64,000 nucleotides of DNA from Minisyncoccia bacterium (lineage in GTDB: Bacteria > Patescibacteriota > Minisyncoccia > Phycocordibacterales > UBA918): NCBI GenBank assembly GCA_041750655.1, contig JBGSYZ010000015.1, forward strand, positions 7,119-71,118, in the 5' to 3' direction. The notes under the pieces were generated by a model. It saw only the letters and a list, made by a program, of their open reading frames with translations. It was not told the origin of the DNA and did no database searches. Made by a program: the position numbers and the translations under genes. Positions 36,206-46,496 of this stretch are shown here, one piece after another (position 1 is the stretch's first letter; the number at the start of each line of letters is the position of its first letter).

Positions 36206-36772
36206 GTGGCCTACGCTACGTATACAACCGAAGCGATTGTGTGTGGCAGTAAAGATTCTAATACTTCCGACCGTTCGTACTTACTGTTTACACAAAGAGC
36301 TGGTATGTTGTGGGCCAGTGCCAGGAGTGTGCGGACGGAAAAATCCAAACAGCGCTACGCGCTCGTTGATTTTTCCGTCATCCGAGTTTCACTTGTGCGT
36401 GGGAAAAGTGGTTGGCGCATTGGTAGTGTTGAATCACTGTTGAATCCATTTATGCAGAGTGATAACCGACAGGCTCGGGCTTTTATACAATTAGTAGTAC
36501 GTTCACTTCGAAGATTTCTTCACGGAGAAGAACCAGCCCCTGCCGTTTTTGAAGATGCTAAGGGAGCACTTTACTTGGCTACTAAAAATCAAAACTTTGA
36601 GGAGATTGGGAATATATACATGTTGCGACTTTTAGAAAAATTAGGCTACGTGAGTAGTAAAACTTCATTTGCCCCGCTACTGGCTGGCAGTATTCTTTCT
36701 CAGACTAAAGAAAAGGTTCCGGCTGAAGGTCTCAAAGCCATTGATATTGCCTATAGAGCCAGTCATTTATAG
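36206..36772 (+). CDS. recO: DNA repair protein RecO-like (short form)
   Basis: N-terminal OB-fold pattern (EAIVCGSKDSNTSDRSYLLFTQRAGMLWASARSVRTEKSK). GTG start 1 nt after the ileS stop. Confidence 0.55.
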   Translation: MAYATYTTEAIVCGSKDSNTSDRSYLLFTQRAGMLWASARSVRTEKSKQRYALVDFSVIRVSLVRGKSGWRIGSVESLLNPFMQSDNRQARAFIQLVVRSLRRFLHGEEPAPAVFEDAKGALYLATKNQNFEEIGNIYMLRLLEKLGYVSSKTSFAPLLAGSILSQTKEKVPAEGLKAIDIAYRASHL

Positions 36773-36782
36773 GTGGTATACC

Positions 36783-36888
36783 CTGCCCTAACTTTTTAGT
36801 CTATAAAGGAGGTGTATATAAAAGTCAGGCTTGTGTGTTAAATATTGTCTATTATCTAGCTGACTAAAAAGTTAGGGCAGGGTATACT
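36783..36888. repeat. 26-bp perfect inverted repeat separated by a 53-bp spacer
   Basis: ggtataccctgccctaactttttagtc (36783-36808) is the exact reverse complement of gactaaaaagttagggcagggtatac (36862-36888). Confidence 0.9.
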
Positions 36889-36895
36889 TTGTTTT

Positions 36896-38836
36896 ATGGC
36901 TGAAGAGCAGAAGAAACGAGAAGAGATGGATTCGCTCCGTGAGCGGTTGTATGATCGTGGCCTAACTCCTAAGCCACACGAACGAACCGTATTACAACCA
37001 CTTGAACATAAAGACGTGCCACACTCGTGGGGCCAGCCTACGCTTGAGTCAAAAGAATTGGAAGCAAGTACTGATACGCCCGGGGTAAAGCCAGTTGGTT
37101 ATTTTAATGTACACACTATGCCTAAGAGGAAAAAGTATCGAACCATTTTTGTACTATTTGGGGTATTGTTCTTTTTGGTTACTTTAATTGTTTCCAGTAG
37201 CTATATGTTCTTGGGTGGCAATACTATTTCCAACGACAATATTTCTGTTTCAATCACTGGTCCGTTTTCAGTTGGTGGTGGGGAAGTATTACCACTTCAG
37301 ATTGGAGTAACCAACCAAAACACCTCTCCAATCAAAGCGGCTACTCTTATTGTGCGCTATCCATTAGGTACTCAATCACCAGATGAAGAAGGAAAAGAAA
37401 TCCAGCGCGAGGCTATTCCCCTCGAAAGTATTGGTGCTGGAGAAACAATCAATATTCCGGTTAGAGCCATCATATTTGGCGAAGAAGATGAAGAGAAACA
37501 AATCCAGGCTGAAGTTGAGTACCAACTCAAAGGTTCAAACGGTATTTTCTTCAAAGAAGCCGAACCTCATATTTTCAAAATAAATTCATCACCAGTGACC
37601 ATTTCTATTGAAAGTCTCAAACAAGTATCTTCTGGTCAACCGGTTGATGTCATTATGACCGTTCGTTCCAATTCAAGTACTGCTCTGCACGACCTAGTCG
37701 TGCGGGCGGAGTATCCGTTTGGTTTTGATTACACTTCGTCAAAACCAAATCCTGTTTCTGGTCAAAACGTCTGGCTTATTCCTGAACTCAAGCCAGATGA
37801 ATCTTTCAGTATCAATGCTCGAGGGGTTGTGTCAGGTACCAAAAGTGATGAGCGTATCGTTCGAGCTTCGGTTGGGGTAGCTAACGACACCAATGCGTAT
37901 CGCTTAGCGTCGATTTTTAGCTCCTCAGATTTTCAATACGAATTTGAACAAGAATTCTTGGCATTTGATGTTCGTATAAATGGCAACACCAGTGATACAG
38001 TCGTGGTTGATAGAGGTGATCAGGTACAAGTACGAGTGGATTTTACCAATCCACTTGAAGACGCTATTTATGATGCTTCACTCGAAATTGGTCTAACCGG
38101 GACTGCTCTTGATGAAGGACGTGTAAAAGTACAAAACGGTTTTTATGATTCAATTAAGAATGCTATTTTATACGATCGAACTACCAATGGTGCTTTAGAA
38201 AAAATATTACCAGGTAAAACGGTCCAATTAGCCTTTTCCATGGACTCCGACGCTTTTGTTACCCAAACTCCAGAAATAAATTTAATAATTGATGGTAAAG
38301 CGGCTCGAGTGCAAGAAAGTAACGTACCAGAAACCTTGAAGGGTAATGATACTCGTACTATCAAGTTCGCGAGTCAGGTTAATCTACTGTCTAGCATCAC
38401 TCCGCAAAGTGGACTGATTCCGCCAGTAGCAGAAAAACTTACTCAATACACGGTAGCGATGCGTATAGAAAGCGGAACCAATGACCTTATTAATGGCGAA
38501 GTGACAGCGAGCTTACCAAACTATGTATCGTGGCTTGATTTAACAAGTGGTGATGGTAGGGTAGAGTTTCGTCCGAGTAGTCGCACGGTGATTTGGGATG
38601 TTGGCAATATCGACAATAACGACTCCGCTACTATGACATTTACGATCGGTTTCTTACCGAGTATTTCCCAAGTCGGGGAAACTCCAACCTTGGTCAGTAA
38701 CCAAAACTTTAAAGCTACTGATCGATTTACCGGCACGATTATCCGCGACAGTACTGCCGCGCTTACGACAATTTTGTCCCCAGAAACTGGCTATGGTCAG
38801 AAGAGTGGCGAAGTCAGACGGACGGAAAATGATTAA
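36896..38836 (+). CDS. single-pass membrane-anchored extracytoplasmic protein with repeated beta-rich domains
   Basis: Charged N-terminus, TM (IFVLFGVLFFLVTLIV), then about 540 aa of Ig-like/DUF11-like segments. Confidence 0.5.
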   Translation: MAEEQKKREEMDSLRERLYDRGLTPKPHERTVLQPLEHKDVPHSWGQPTLESKELEASTDTPGVKPVGYFNVHTMPKRKKYRTIFVLFGVLFFLVTLIVSSSYMFLGGNTISNDNISVSITGPFSVGGGEVLPLQIGVTNQNTSPIKAATLIVRYPLGTQSPDEEGKEIQREAIPLESIGAGETINIPVRAIIFGEEDEEKQIQAEVEYQLKGSNGIFFKEAEPHIFKINSSPVTISIESLKQVSSGQPVDVIMTVRSNSSTALHDLVVRAEYPFGFDYTSSKPNPVSGQNVWLIPELKPDESFSINARGVVSGTKSDERIVRASVGVANDTNAYRLASIFSSSDFQYEFEQEFLAFDVRINGNTSDTVVVDRGDQVQVRVDFTNPLEDAIYDASLEIGLTGTALDEGRVKVQNGFYDSIKNAILYDRTTNGALEKILPGKTVQLAFSMDSDAFVTQTPEINLIIDGKAARVQESNVPETLKGNDTRTIKFASQVNLLSSITPQSGLIPPVAEKLTQYTVAMRIESGTNDLINGEVTASLPNYVSWLDLTSGDGRVEFRPSSRTVIWDVGNIDNNDSATMTFTIGFLPSISQVGETPTLVSNQNFKATDRFTGTIIRDSTAALTTILSPETGYGQKSGEVRRTEND

Positions 38837-38852
38837 CTAACCTTAAGATTTT

Positions 38853-40235
38853 ATGGCAGATAAAGATGACACAATGGAGAAGATTGTTGCGCTCTGTAAG
38901 CGCCGGGGTTTTGTGTTTCAGGGGAGTGAGATTTATGGTGGTCTTCGTGGTACGTGGGATTTTGGTCCACTCGGGGTAGTGCTCAACAACAACATCAAGC
39001 GTGAATGGTGGAAGATGTTTGTCGAAAGTCGCGAGGATATGTACGGTCTGGATGCTGCTATCATCATGAATGCCAAAGTGTGGGAAGCGTCAGGTCACAC
39101 AGGGGCGGGTTTTTGTGACCCGTTAGTAGAAGATGTCGAAACTGGTGAACGTTACCGAGCTGATCATCTTTTAAAAGATATTGGTGTAAATGCTGATGGT
39201 TTGGCTCTCGAGGAAATAGACGCCATAATCCGCGAGGAAGGAATCAAAAGTCCAAAAGGTAATGATTTGTCTGAAGCAAGACAATTTAATCTCATGTTTG
39301 AAAGTAGAGTTGGTGCAACAGCCGGAGACGAGGGGAAGGTATATCTTCGGCCAGAGACGGCACAGGGAATTTTTGTAAACTTTAAAAATGTAGTCGATTC
39401 AATGTCACCTAAGATGCCGTTTGGTATCGCTCAGATAGGAAAAGCGTTTCGTAACGAAATCGCTCCTCGCGAGTTTCTTTTTCGCGTGCGGGAATTTGAA
39501 CAGATGGAAATTGAGTACTTTGTGAAAGAGGCAGAATGGGAAACTGAGTTTGAAAAACTCCGCCAAGATATTGTGAAGTGGCACGAGCACCTTGGGCTTT
39601 CCAGTGAAAACATTCGCGAGTTTGAGGTGCCGGAAAATGACCTAGCCCATTATTCTAAACGAACCATTGATTTTGAATACAATTATCCGGGTAAAGGCTT
39701 TGATGAGCTAGCGGGGTTTGCGTATCGAACTGACCACGATCTAAAAAACCACATGGAGGCTAGCGGAGTTTCTATGGAATACATTGAACCAGATGGTTCG
39801 CGCTTTATTCCACACGTACTGGAACCTTCTTTCGGCGTTGGCCGCGCCCTCACTGCCGTACTGTGTGAAGCCTACACTGAGGACGAAATGGGTGGGGAAG
39901 TACGAACGTATCTGAAGTTACCGGCTCACTTGGCCCCGTACCGCGTAGCGGTCTCACCACTACTGCGCAATAAACCACAGCTCGTAGAGAAAGCGCGCGA
40001 AGTTTTTACTATGCTCAAAGCTGAGTTTGGTAACGTGGCGTGGGATGATAATGGTAATGTTGGAAAACGTTACCGCCGCCAAGACGAAATCGGTACGCCG
40101 CACTGCATTGTGATTGATTTTGAAACGTTAGGTGAAGAACAGCCAGATCTAAAAGATACCGTTACAGTTCGTGACCGTGATACAGGCGAGCAGACACGTC
40201 TAGTAATTGCTGAGTTGGTAAACTATCTGAAGTAG
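38853..40235 (+). CDS. glyQS: glycyl-tRNA synthetase (alpha2 type)
   Basis: KRRGFVFQGSEIYGGLRGTWDFGPLG N-terminus; class II motifs; 460 aa. Confidence 0.9.
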   Translation: MADKDDTMEKIVALCKRRGFVFQGSEIYGGLRGTWDFGPLGVVLNNNIKREWWKMFVESREDMYGLDAAIIMNAKVWEASGHTGAGFCDPLVEDVETGERYRADHLLKDIGVNADGLALEEIDAIIREEGIKSPKGNDLSEARQFNLMFESRVGATAGDEGKVYLRPETAQGIFVNFKNVVDSMSPKMPFGIAQIGKAFRNEIAPREFLFRVREFEQMEIEYFVKEAEWETEFEKLRQDIVKWHEHLGLSSENIREFEVPENDLAHYSKRTIDFEYNYPGKGFDELAGFAYRTDHDLKNHMEASGVSMEYIEPDGSRFIPHVLEPSFGVGRALTAVLCEAYTEDEMGGEVRTYLKLPAHLAPYRVAVSPLLRNKPQLVEKAREVFTMLKAEFGNVAWDDNGNVGKRYRRQDEIGTPHCIVIDFETLGEEQPDLKDTVTVRDRDTGEQTRLVIAELVNYLK

Positions 40236-40239
40236 ATAC

Positions 40240-40277
40240 ACAAAACGCCGGGCCCACAGGGCCCGGCGTTTTCTTGT
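40240..40277. terminator. bidirectional terminator
   Basis: aaaacgccgggccc-acag-ggcccggcgtttt. Confidence 0.8.
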
Positions 40278-40281
40278 GTAT

Positions 40282-42858
40282 CTACTGTATTCCGGAGGCA
40301 GTGAACGTTGGTGAAAGCGGTTGTAGTGCTATACCGTCATACCCAACTATTCCAGTGTCTTGTACCGGGTAGTTTTTCCAGGTTTCGAGTAACTCATCAA
40401 TGGGGTTTTGAACTGAGGTGTAGGACATCTGAGCTCCGCCACGACCAAAAATTACTTTGTCACCATCCTTAAATGGTGTAGTTGGAGTAATTCTTACAAT
40501 CCCAGCGTTTTGGTCCTGCCAAACGGCTGTAAATCCAGAATGGGTCCAGCCAGCACCCTGGTTAATCTCAAAACCAAGTACTTCTGTGAAGTACGACTTT
40601 GAAGTATCAAGCGGTGCATCACCTCGCTTTAGACGTGGAGTTGTAAAAGTCCCGGCATTATTAGACGTAACATTTACGTCAGCATAACTACCATCAACAC
40701 TCCATGTTGTGCTTGTGAATGCAGGTTGTGTGTAATCAACATAACCCAATGGTTCAAGTACAGCTACTGCCATGTGGCGAGCAACAAGTAAAAGACCATC
40801 ATAATTGTTGTCTCGTGGGTGTGAGTAATCTATAAGTTTTCCAGTACTGTTGAATTCTCCTATGGCATGATAAGTAACAAGGCGATTCCATGGTAGTGAG
40901 AACGATTGTACTCGAGGATCTGCAAAGAAGTTTTCTAAAGTCTGATTGATTCGCTCCACGTTTACCATATTGAAGTTTACACCTCCAGCCACTAGATCAG
41001 TGGCGTTTTTCATGTCACCTGTAGTCGGCAGGAATCGATTGGGACCAAATTCTAGGTATTTAGTGCGACTGCGGCTGAATATACCCCGACCTGGGTCATT
41101 AGGGTCAGCAGTAGTGACGTCCCAGAGGCAGTGATCTACATTGCCGCCACGAACGTTTTTGGTGCCGAGGGTAAATGGCGTACCATCCCAATTCTCGCAC
41201 ATAGTAAACGGACTGTACCATAGAGGGAAGTTGTACCCAGCTGATTTATCAGCTGCCCACCAACTAGTAGCCATGATACCGATTTCAGAACCTCGGGAAC
41301 GTACCCAGTTCACCGTATCTTCTAAGTGGGTCCAGCGACGCTTAGTATCACTATCATTCATCAAACTACCTCGACTTGTACCTGAGTGCATAAAGTCAAC
41401 GAACATAAATTTATGTCCAGGAGCATTTTGGTAGAGAATGTTAGAGAGCTGGGCCATACTAGCAGTAAGGTTGTTTCCATTTTTAACATTGTGATAGAGA
41501 AGTTGAGCAGTAGGCGCAGTATCATTCACTACGTATAGCACTTGTAGTGTGTCGTCGTTTAATACTGGCATCGCTCCATTAGCAGCGATGAAGTTTCTAT
41601 TCTGATATGTATTGAGCATGTGTTGAAACTCTGACTGACTCAGCATGCCAAAGATTGTACCCGGCGAGAAAGTGTTCGTTCCTGAAGTGAAGACAGTTGG
41701 ATTGGCAGCCAATCGAACACTTACAGTACGCCATGGCGCACCATCAATATTAGTTACTATAAGTGAACCGCTCCAGTTACCGGTTGCGTCAGTGGTCGCA
41801 ACTACGTTCCAGTTACCAGTGCCAGGGTCGTATCCTTCGATTACGTCTCCGGCTGTCGCAGTACCACTAATCGGGACGAGGGCAGTATTTCCTCCATTAA
41901 CCTTATCGATATCGTAAATCATTCGATCTTGAGGAATATCAATGAGTGTCAGGGTTGTGTTAGTTGAAGTGCCGGTTGATACGATGGTAAAGCCACTCAC
42001 CACCAACGCAGCAGACACATTACCCGCTGCATCAGTCACCGTCAGCGAACAATCGCTATACGTACCAACTGCCAGTGGCCCGAAAGTTATCGTTGTGTTG
42101 CCTGTATTCACAGAAGTTATCGGGGCTCCGCATGAGCCAGCGAATGTCACTGTACCGGCTTCATCGGTACTAAAAGTATAATCAGGAGTAGTGTCAGTGG
42201 TCGTAGCTGCGACTGGAGTGACTTCCGCTAGGACTGGGGCGGTGGTGTCGGTTGGGGGTGTTCCTACATCCGTGACCGCACCGTATTGCAGTTTAGTGTT
42301 CCAGGTGGTGGCGCTACCATTTTCATAAAAGATCGATGTGCCATTTGCATCTTGGTAGTCGATGCTATCGACCACGAAGGCGCCTGACTTGTTGAAGTTG
42401 GTCGTGTTTGCTGAGTTGATGAGTTTTGGCAAGAGTACAGAGTTACCAGTCATGGTCCTGCTCGCTAGGATTGCCCCATCAGCAGTAATAGTAAGGAGAC
42501 TAGGAGTCGCTGCAACCGTGAGATTAAATGGTCCGGTTGGAATGGCTGCTGCAACAACCACCACATCAGCCTGCCTGACCTTGTTTGCATCAGCAATACG
42601 CACCCGCAACCGCCCATCGGCTAGGGTACTTATATACGTGTCAAAGTTGTTTGATGCCAAAAAAGTGTCCTGACCAGTGGTGGGAATGAGACCGTTGAAC
42701 GTAATGGTAAAACCAGCAGTACTGCCAGGGTTTACCGTAATGACGTCGCCATTATCGAAGGCAACGGCGGCATTTGCCGTATTTGTGTAGCTGGCAAGTA
42801 CGCCAACACTGAACGTAATTACGAGTAAAATGCTTAAGAGTTTGTAAAACATATGCAT
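40282..42858 (-). CDS. large secreted Thr-rich protein with Ig-like domains (function unknown)
   Basis: Signal peptide (MHMFYKLLSILLVITFSVGVLASYTNTANA); Thr/Gly-rich beta repeats; the C-terminal half is possibly hydrolase-like. Confidence 0.55.
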   Translation of the reverse strand: MHMFYKLLSILLVITFSVGVLASYTNTANAAVAFDNGDVITVNPGSTAGFTITFNGLIPTTGQDTFLASNNFDTYISTLADGRLRVRIADANKVRQADVVVVAAAIPTGPFNLTVAATPSLLTITADGAILASRTMTGNSVLLPKLINSANTTNFNKSGAFVVDSIDYQDANGTSIFYENGSATTWNTKLQYGAVTDVGTPPTDTTAPVLAEVTPVAATTTDTTPDYTFSTDEAGTVTFAGSCGAPITSVNTGNTTITFGPLAVGTYSDCSLTVTDAAGNVSAALVVSGFTIVSTGTSTNTTLTLIDIPQDRMIYDIDKVNGGNTALVPISGTATAGDVIEGYDPGTGNWNVVATTDATGNWSGSLIVTNIDGAPWRTVSVRLAANPTVFTSGTNTFSPGTIFGMLSQSEFQHMLNTYQNRNFIAANGAMPVLNDDTLQVLYVVNDTAPTAQLLYHNVKNGNNLTASMAQLSNILYQNAPGHKFMFVDFMHSGTSRGSLMNDSDTKRRWTHLEDTVNWVRSRGSEIGIMATSWWAADKSAGYNFPLWYSPFTMCENWDGTPFTLGTKNVRGGNVDHCLWDVTTADPNDPGRGIFSRSRTKYLEFGPNRFLPTTGDMKNATDLVAGGVNFNMVNVERINQTLENFFADPRVQSFSLPWNRLVTYHAIGEFNSTGKLIDYSHPRDNNYDGLLLVARHMAVAVLEPLGYVDYTQPAFTSTTWSVDGSYADVNVTSNNAGTFTTPRLKRGDAPLDTSKSYFTEVLGFEINQGAGWTHSGFTAVWQDQNAGIVRITPTTPFKDGDKVIFGRGGAQMSYTSVQNPIDELLETWKNYPVQDTGIVGYDGIALQPLSPTFTASGIQ

Positions 42859-43009
42859 AGGGTAGGGTTGAGTTTATTGGATAAAGTCAGTTCCGGATCC
42901 AAATATATAGTAATTACCTGAAAAGTAAATCTTTTTGAGTAGTTGTCTTTCCTCGTCTCCAACGTAAAATAAGGTTATTCTGGCTTTGAACAGTAGAAGG
43001 AGGTATAAA

Positions 43010-43357
43010 ATGGCTGATTCAGTAAAAGTGTACACGGCGGTTGATGGCTTCCTGTGCCAACAAGGCTATCACGCTCATCTGAAGCGAAAGACGGTTGACG
43101 AGCACTGGCTACAACACACCATCGCCGAACTCAATGCTTGCGCCTGCGCGTGTTTTGGAAAGGGTTGTTGTATGCAAACGTACTTCACCAACCCGTTTGC
43201 AGCTATTGGCAATATCCCGGGCTGGAGCAGCGCGCATGAAGCTGAAACGCTTAAAGCCGGCGGTTTCCTCACACGGGAAGCTGAAGAGACATTAAGACCA
43301 GGGTCGCTTCCGGCGCTTCTTCTTGTCTTGGTTTTTAGGCCTACTGTGATACAGTAA
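43010..43357 (+). CDS. hypothetical Cys-rich small protein
   Basis: AGGAGG RBS before the ATG at 43010 (ORF track starts at 42986); CACACFGKGCC cysteine cluster. Confidence 0.35.
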   Translation: MADSVKVYTAVDGFLCQQGYHAHLKRKTVDEHWLQHTIAELNACACACFGKGCCMQTYFTNPFAAIGNIPGWSSAHEAETLKAGGFLTREAEETLRPGSLPALLLVLVFRPTVIQ

Positions 43358-43364
43358 TTTTACT

Positions 43365-44804
43365 ATGAGCGAAGAAAATACTCAGAAAAAGGCCCGCTAT
43401 ATAACTACCACTTTGCCGTATGTAAACGCTGACCCACACATTGGTTTTGCGCTGGAGTTTGTGCAGGCTGACACTTTGGCTCGCTACTGGCGACTGATTG
43501 GTCACGAAGTTTTTTTCAATACTGGTACTGATGAGCATGGTCAAAAAATAGCCGAGAAAGCCGACGCCGCTGGACAAGATAGACAAGCATATGTCGACCA
43601 TTACGCCGAACAATTTAATAAACTCAAAGGGGCACTCAATTTATCGTACGATAAATTTATTCGTACGACTGATGAAGCACACAAGCAGGCGGCACAGGAG
43701 ATTTGGAAACGGTGTGCTGCTCAAGGTGATATTGGTAAAAAGACTTACTCCGGATTATATTGCGTTGGAGACGAAATGTTTTTACGCGACACAGACCTAG
43801 TAAATGGTCGTTGCCCTAATCACCCCAATGTTGACCCTATACAGGTTGAAGAGGAAAATTATTACTTCAAACTTTCAAATTACGAAGAGTACCTGATTGA
43901 GTATCTATCTGATGAGTCGGTGATTATTCCTGATTGGCAACGGGCATGGGCTTTGGATTTTGTTAAAGCTGGGTTAGGTGATTTAAGCATCTCCCGTCCG
44001 AAATCTCGGGTTAATTGGGGAGTGCCGGTCCCTGGAGATGACGATCATGTAATGTACGTCTGGTTTGATGCTCTGACAAATTACATTTCCACTCTGGGCT
44101 GGCCAAATGAGAACGGTGATTTTAAAAAGTTTTGGGTTGAGGGAGAGACAGTGCAAGTGGCGGGGAAAGATCAAGTGAGATTCCAATCAATTATCTGGCA
44201 AGCTATGCTTAAAAGTGCTGGCTTACCGGCCACCGATGTTGTGTCGTACCACGGCTTTATCAATAGCGGGGGACATAAGATGAGCAAGTCACTCGGGAAT
44301 GTAATATCTCCCTATGAGCTCGTAGAAAAATACGGTACTGATGCTACTAGGTATTTGTTGCTACGACACGTTCATCCTACCGAGGATTCTGACCTAACTT
44401 GGGAGAAGATGGATGAGTACTACACCGCTAATTTAGTTAATGGATTGGGGAACGTAACGGCTCGGATTTTAAAAATGTGTGAAACTCATCTCGAACCCTT
44501 TAACTTTGAACCAATCGACCCTACTCAGTTTGAGGGGCCGATGATTCTAAATTTCCAACAAGCCATGGATCATATCTGGGATAAGATTCAGCGAATGGAT
44601 GAAATCATTGCCGAAACTGAGCCGTTTAAACTTATCAAAACCGATCCAGAAATAGCTAAAAATATCTTAGTTGACTTACGAGAACAACTTATGCACGTTG
44701 GTCGTTTATTACTGCCGTGCATGCCAGAAACCTCAAAAACTATTCGGGCAGCAGTGCGAGCCAACCGGAAGCCGGACAATCTTTTTAAACGGTTGGAAGA
44801 ATAG
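43365..44804 (+). CDS. metG: methionyl-tRNA synthetase (short form)
   Basis: PYVNADPHIGFA (HIGH-region variant), KMSKSLGN, and a MetRS connective-peptide pattern. Confidence 0.9.
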   Translation: MSEENTQKKARYITTTLPYVNADPHIGFALEFVQADTLARYWRLIGHEVFFNTGTDEHGQKIAEKADAAGQDRQAYVDHYAEQFNKLKGALNLSYDKFIRTTDEAHKQAAQEIWKRCAAQGDIGKKTYSGLYCVGDEMFLRDTDLVNGRCPNHPNVDPIQVEEENYYFKLSNYEEYLIEYLSDESVIIPDWQRAWALDFVKAGLGDLSISRPKSRVNWGVPVPGDDDHVMYVWFDALTNYISTLGWPNENGDFKKFWVEGETVQVAGKDQVRFQSIIWQAMLKSAGLPATDVVSYHGFINSGGHKMSKSLGNVISPYELVEKYGTDATRYLLLRHVHPTEDSDLTWEKMDEYYTANLVNGLGNVTARILKMCETHLEPFNFEPIDPTQFEGPMILNFQQAMDHIWDKIQRMDEIIAETEPFKLIKTDPEIAKNILVDLREQLMHVGRLLLPCMPETSKTIRAAVRANRKPDNLFKRLEE

Positions 44805-45517
44805 TGATAGAATATTCCCATATGATGATTAACCAAAAATACCAGGATATCCTGACTAATGATGAGCGAGCGACAGTCGTTGCTAAGGAGATTTTAGAAA
44901 AGGGGCACATTGAGTTAAAAGATTTTCTTAGCTCGGAGGCTTGGAATAAGCTAAAAAACTTTGCGGAAGAGAAGAGGGAACAAGCTGTGTCTGGATTTGA
45001 TGGGGGTATGAGTCTTGGAAAGGGTAAGGATCTTGAAGGAACCTTTGGCCACGAGTTTGGTCATTCTGAAGAAATACTACAGTTTTGCGAGAAAGTGCAT
45101 CAGGCCCGACAGAAACTGGAAGGGAAAAAACCAACAACCCTTGACCCAGCCAAACACGTAATTGGTTTTCCGTACAAAGACGCGCGCGGTGGGGCCAAAA
45201 CAGTACCGACTCCGTATCACTTTGACGGAGCCTACATTAACATCCTTATTCCCATTATTTTGCCTGAGGATCAAATCAAGAGCGGTGGTAGTTTGACCGT
45301 ATTCCCGAACATTCGTAAAAAGTACGGCACCACTCTTTCAAAATTTTTGTGTCGCGGCCTTCGCCACTCATCGTTCCTTCGTAAACTCTTTGGTGCGAAG
45401 ACGGTAGTGTACACAGTTGGTTCGGCGCATATTTTCTTTGGTGATATTAGTTTTCACGGGGTAGAACCAATTACTGGCGGTGAGCGCTTGGTGATGACTA
45501 TTAACTCGCATTGGTAG
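44804..45517 (+). CDS. putative Fe(II)/2-oxoglutarate-dependent oxygenase superfamily protein
   Basis: HxD...H...R arrangement (PYHFDGAY ... ISFHGVEPITGGERLV) consistent with the 2OG-oxygenase facial triad. Also contains HEFGH. Confidence 0.4.
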   Translation: MIEYSHMMINQKYQDILTNDERATVVAKEILEKGHIELKDFLSSEAWNKLKNFAEEKREQAVSGFDGGMSLGKGKDLEGTFGHEFGHSEEILQFCEKVHQARQKLEGKKPTTLDPAKHVIGFPYKDARGGAKTVPTPYHFDGAYINILIPIILPEDQIKSGGSLTVFPNIRKKYGTTLSKFLCRGLRHSSFLRKLFGAKTVVYTVGSAHIFFGDISFHGVEPITGGERLVMTINSHW

Positions 45518-45529
45518 AGCTTAGTTTTA

Positions 45530-45560
45530 AGGCCGGCGCCGTAGGCGCCGGCCTTTCGTG
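45530..45560 (+). terminator. terminator
   Basis: aaggccggcgcc-gta-ggcgccggcctt. Confidence 0.8.
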
Positions 45561-45571
45561 GTATATTTCTC

Positions 45572-46396
45572 TTGATGACTTTTAAATACATCGACACCCA
45601 CGCGCACCTTAATCTCGCCCAGTTTGCTAACGATACAGAGGCGGTAATAACCAAAAACCACGAAGTGGGCGTGGCGGTTATTAATGTGGGGACTCGCAAG
45701 GAAACCAGTCAATTGGCGGTGGATATTGCCCGCGAGCACCCTGAGAATTGGGCGATAGTCGGTATTCACCCGCTTAACGTAGTGGAAGCTGATCCTGATG
45801 ACCACGGCGCTACTCAGCCAGAAAACAAACTTGATTACGAGTTTTATAAAACCTTAGCGCTTGATGAAAAAGTAGTCGGTATCGGGGAATGTGGTTTTGA
45901 TTATTTTCATAATAGTGATGAGACCTACGAGCTACAGCGAGAAGTGTTTGTGGCGCAGATTGCGCTCGCCAACGAAGCAGGGAAACCACTGATGCTTCAT
46001 TTGCGCAACAGTAAAGACGGGCAGGGAAGGAATGCGTATGATGATGCTTTAGAAATTTTAAAAAGCGAGGCCAAAGTGCCCGGTAACGCTCACTTCTACG
46101 CTGGCACAGCCGAGCAGGCCAAAGCTTTTTTTGAACTTGGGTACACCATCTCTTTTACCGGGGTAATTACGTTTGCCAAAGACTACGAACAACTCGTGAA
46201 AGACGTGCCGCTCAATATGATTCACGCTGAGACGGACTGCCCGTATGTGGCACCTAAGCCCTATCGTGGTCAGCGTTGTGAACCCCACATGGTTATTGAA
46301 ATATATAAAAAGATAGCGGAAATAAAGAATTTAGATGAAGAATTAGTACGTGAACAACTAATAAAAAACGCACAGAAGTTGTATAGCTTTGCTTAA
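45572..46396 (+). CDS. tatD: TatD-family metal-dependent DNase/hydrolase
   Basis: IDTHAHLN start and GECGFDY motif, typical of TatD. Confidence 0.9.
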   Translation: MMTFKYIDTHAHLNLAQFANDTEAVITKNHEVGVAVINVGTRKETSQLAVDIAREHPENWAIVGIHPLNVVEADPDDHGATQPENKLDYEFYKTLALDEKVVGIGECGFDYFHNSDETYELQREVFVAQIALANEAGKPLMLHLRNSKDGQGRNAYDDALEILKSEAKVPGNAHFYAGTAEQAKAFFELGYTISFTGVITFAKDYEQLVKDVPLNMIHAETDCPYVAPKPYRGQRCEPHMVIEIYKKIAEIKNLDEELVREQLIKNAQKLYSFA

Positions 46397-46496
46397 AATC
46401 AACAAACGTCACTAATACAAGCAGTGTCTAATACGCTGTGAGTGCAATTTGTTGAATTGCAATAAAGTAATAAAGTAGCTATGTGGCTTGGTATTT

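Noticed and set aside
44990-45070. HEFGH zincin motif in the 44804-45517 product, which would suggest a metalloprotease.
   Set aside because: No downstream third ligand or Met-turn context. The HxD...H...R spacing fits 2OG oxygenases better. Kept only as an alternative.
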